64,000 nucleotides of DNA from Sphaerodactylus townsendi (Eukaryota). Position 1 is the stretch's first letter. Each line of letters starts with the position of its first letter. The notes beneath the pieces were generated by a model that was not told where the DNA came from, did not search any database, and was given only the letters and a program-made list of their open reading frames with translations. A program made the position numbers and the translations under genes. This document shows positions 63,281 through 64,000 of this stretch, piece after piece. The DNA lies in the NCBI RefSeq assembly GCF_021028975.2, contig NC_059439.1, positions 32,054,001 through 32,118,000 of the forward strand, written 5' to 3'.

Positions 63281-64000
63281 CTTGTGAAAGAAATGCAAGC
63301 ACTGGTAGTTTTAAAGGATCTGTTTCCCTGTTCAGAAAACTGTCACCCCATTAAAACTGCAAAGCTCTCAGGAGCATCATCTAGCCCCGTGGTGGCAAAG
63401 CTTTGGCACTCCAGATGTTATGGACTACAATTCCTATCAGCCCCTGCCAGCATAGCCAATTGGCCATGCTGGCAGGGGCTGATGGGAATTGTAGTCCACA
63501 ACATCTGGAGTGCCAAAGCTTCGCCACCACTGATTTCTAGCCCCTTTTCACAATTTGTTTAAAGTAACATATTCTGTCTAATCCAGGGATCCTCCAACCT
63601 TTTTGAGCCTGGGGGCACATCTGGAATTTTTACATCGTATGGTGGGCACAAGCACAAAATGGCCACCACAGGAGGTGGACCCAAACACACAGAGGAGACC
63701 CAAGGGAAGGAATTTTTTTTTAAAAAAACATACTGGGAAAACCAGTGAGAGGAAATAAAAACAAATGCTGCCAAAACAATGTTACTTTAATCTGCAAAGT
63801 CAATCACATCCCCAGTGGTTATCAAAAGCCTTGCTGGACCTGGCTGCATCAACTTGCTAAAAACACTTGGAGCGCACCCTAAAAGGTCTTGGTGGGTACC
63901 ATGCGCCGATGGGCATCACATTGGGAGCCCCTGGTGAAACTAATATATAATGTGCAGGATTGGGACACCTGCTGTGCCTACGCAGAAAATGCCGACAACA

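Overview
Vertebrate genomic DNA, most likely a squamate. The repeat landscape (CORE-type tRNA SINEs, hAT/Harbinger/Tc1 MITEs, CR1, L2, Rex1, L1, RTE-X-like LINEs, Penelope fragments) looks gecko-like; this is inference. It is a draft scaffold with five N gaps. Recognisable genes: complete 3-exon VKORC1 (minus, 27379-32650); the last two exons of FUS (minus, 20818-21130, remainder not found beyond a gap); a ~4.7-kb URGCP/VLIG (GVIN1-like) very large GTPase exon (minus, ~36605-41306) with a tandem second copy cut by a gap; and a CARD6-type CARD exon (minus, 62988-63280) whose splice phase fits the GTPase exons. Four consecutive FBN1 exons (plus, 47000-54980) lie in an indel-rich 12-kb block bounded by a 72-bp direct repeat, probably a mis-placed gap fill. 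Two further candidate gene 5' ends (about 8.8 kb and 23-25 kb) could not be named. Most interesting: a candidate CARD-plus-intact-GTPase innate immune gene with duplicated GTPase exons, an inverted U2 snRNA-LINE chimera in VKORC1 intron 2, and minimal hammerhead ribozymes in Penelope fragments. All identifications are by eye and from memory of the families; no searches were run.
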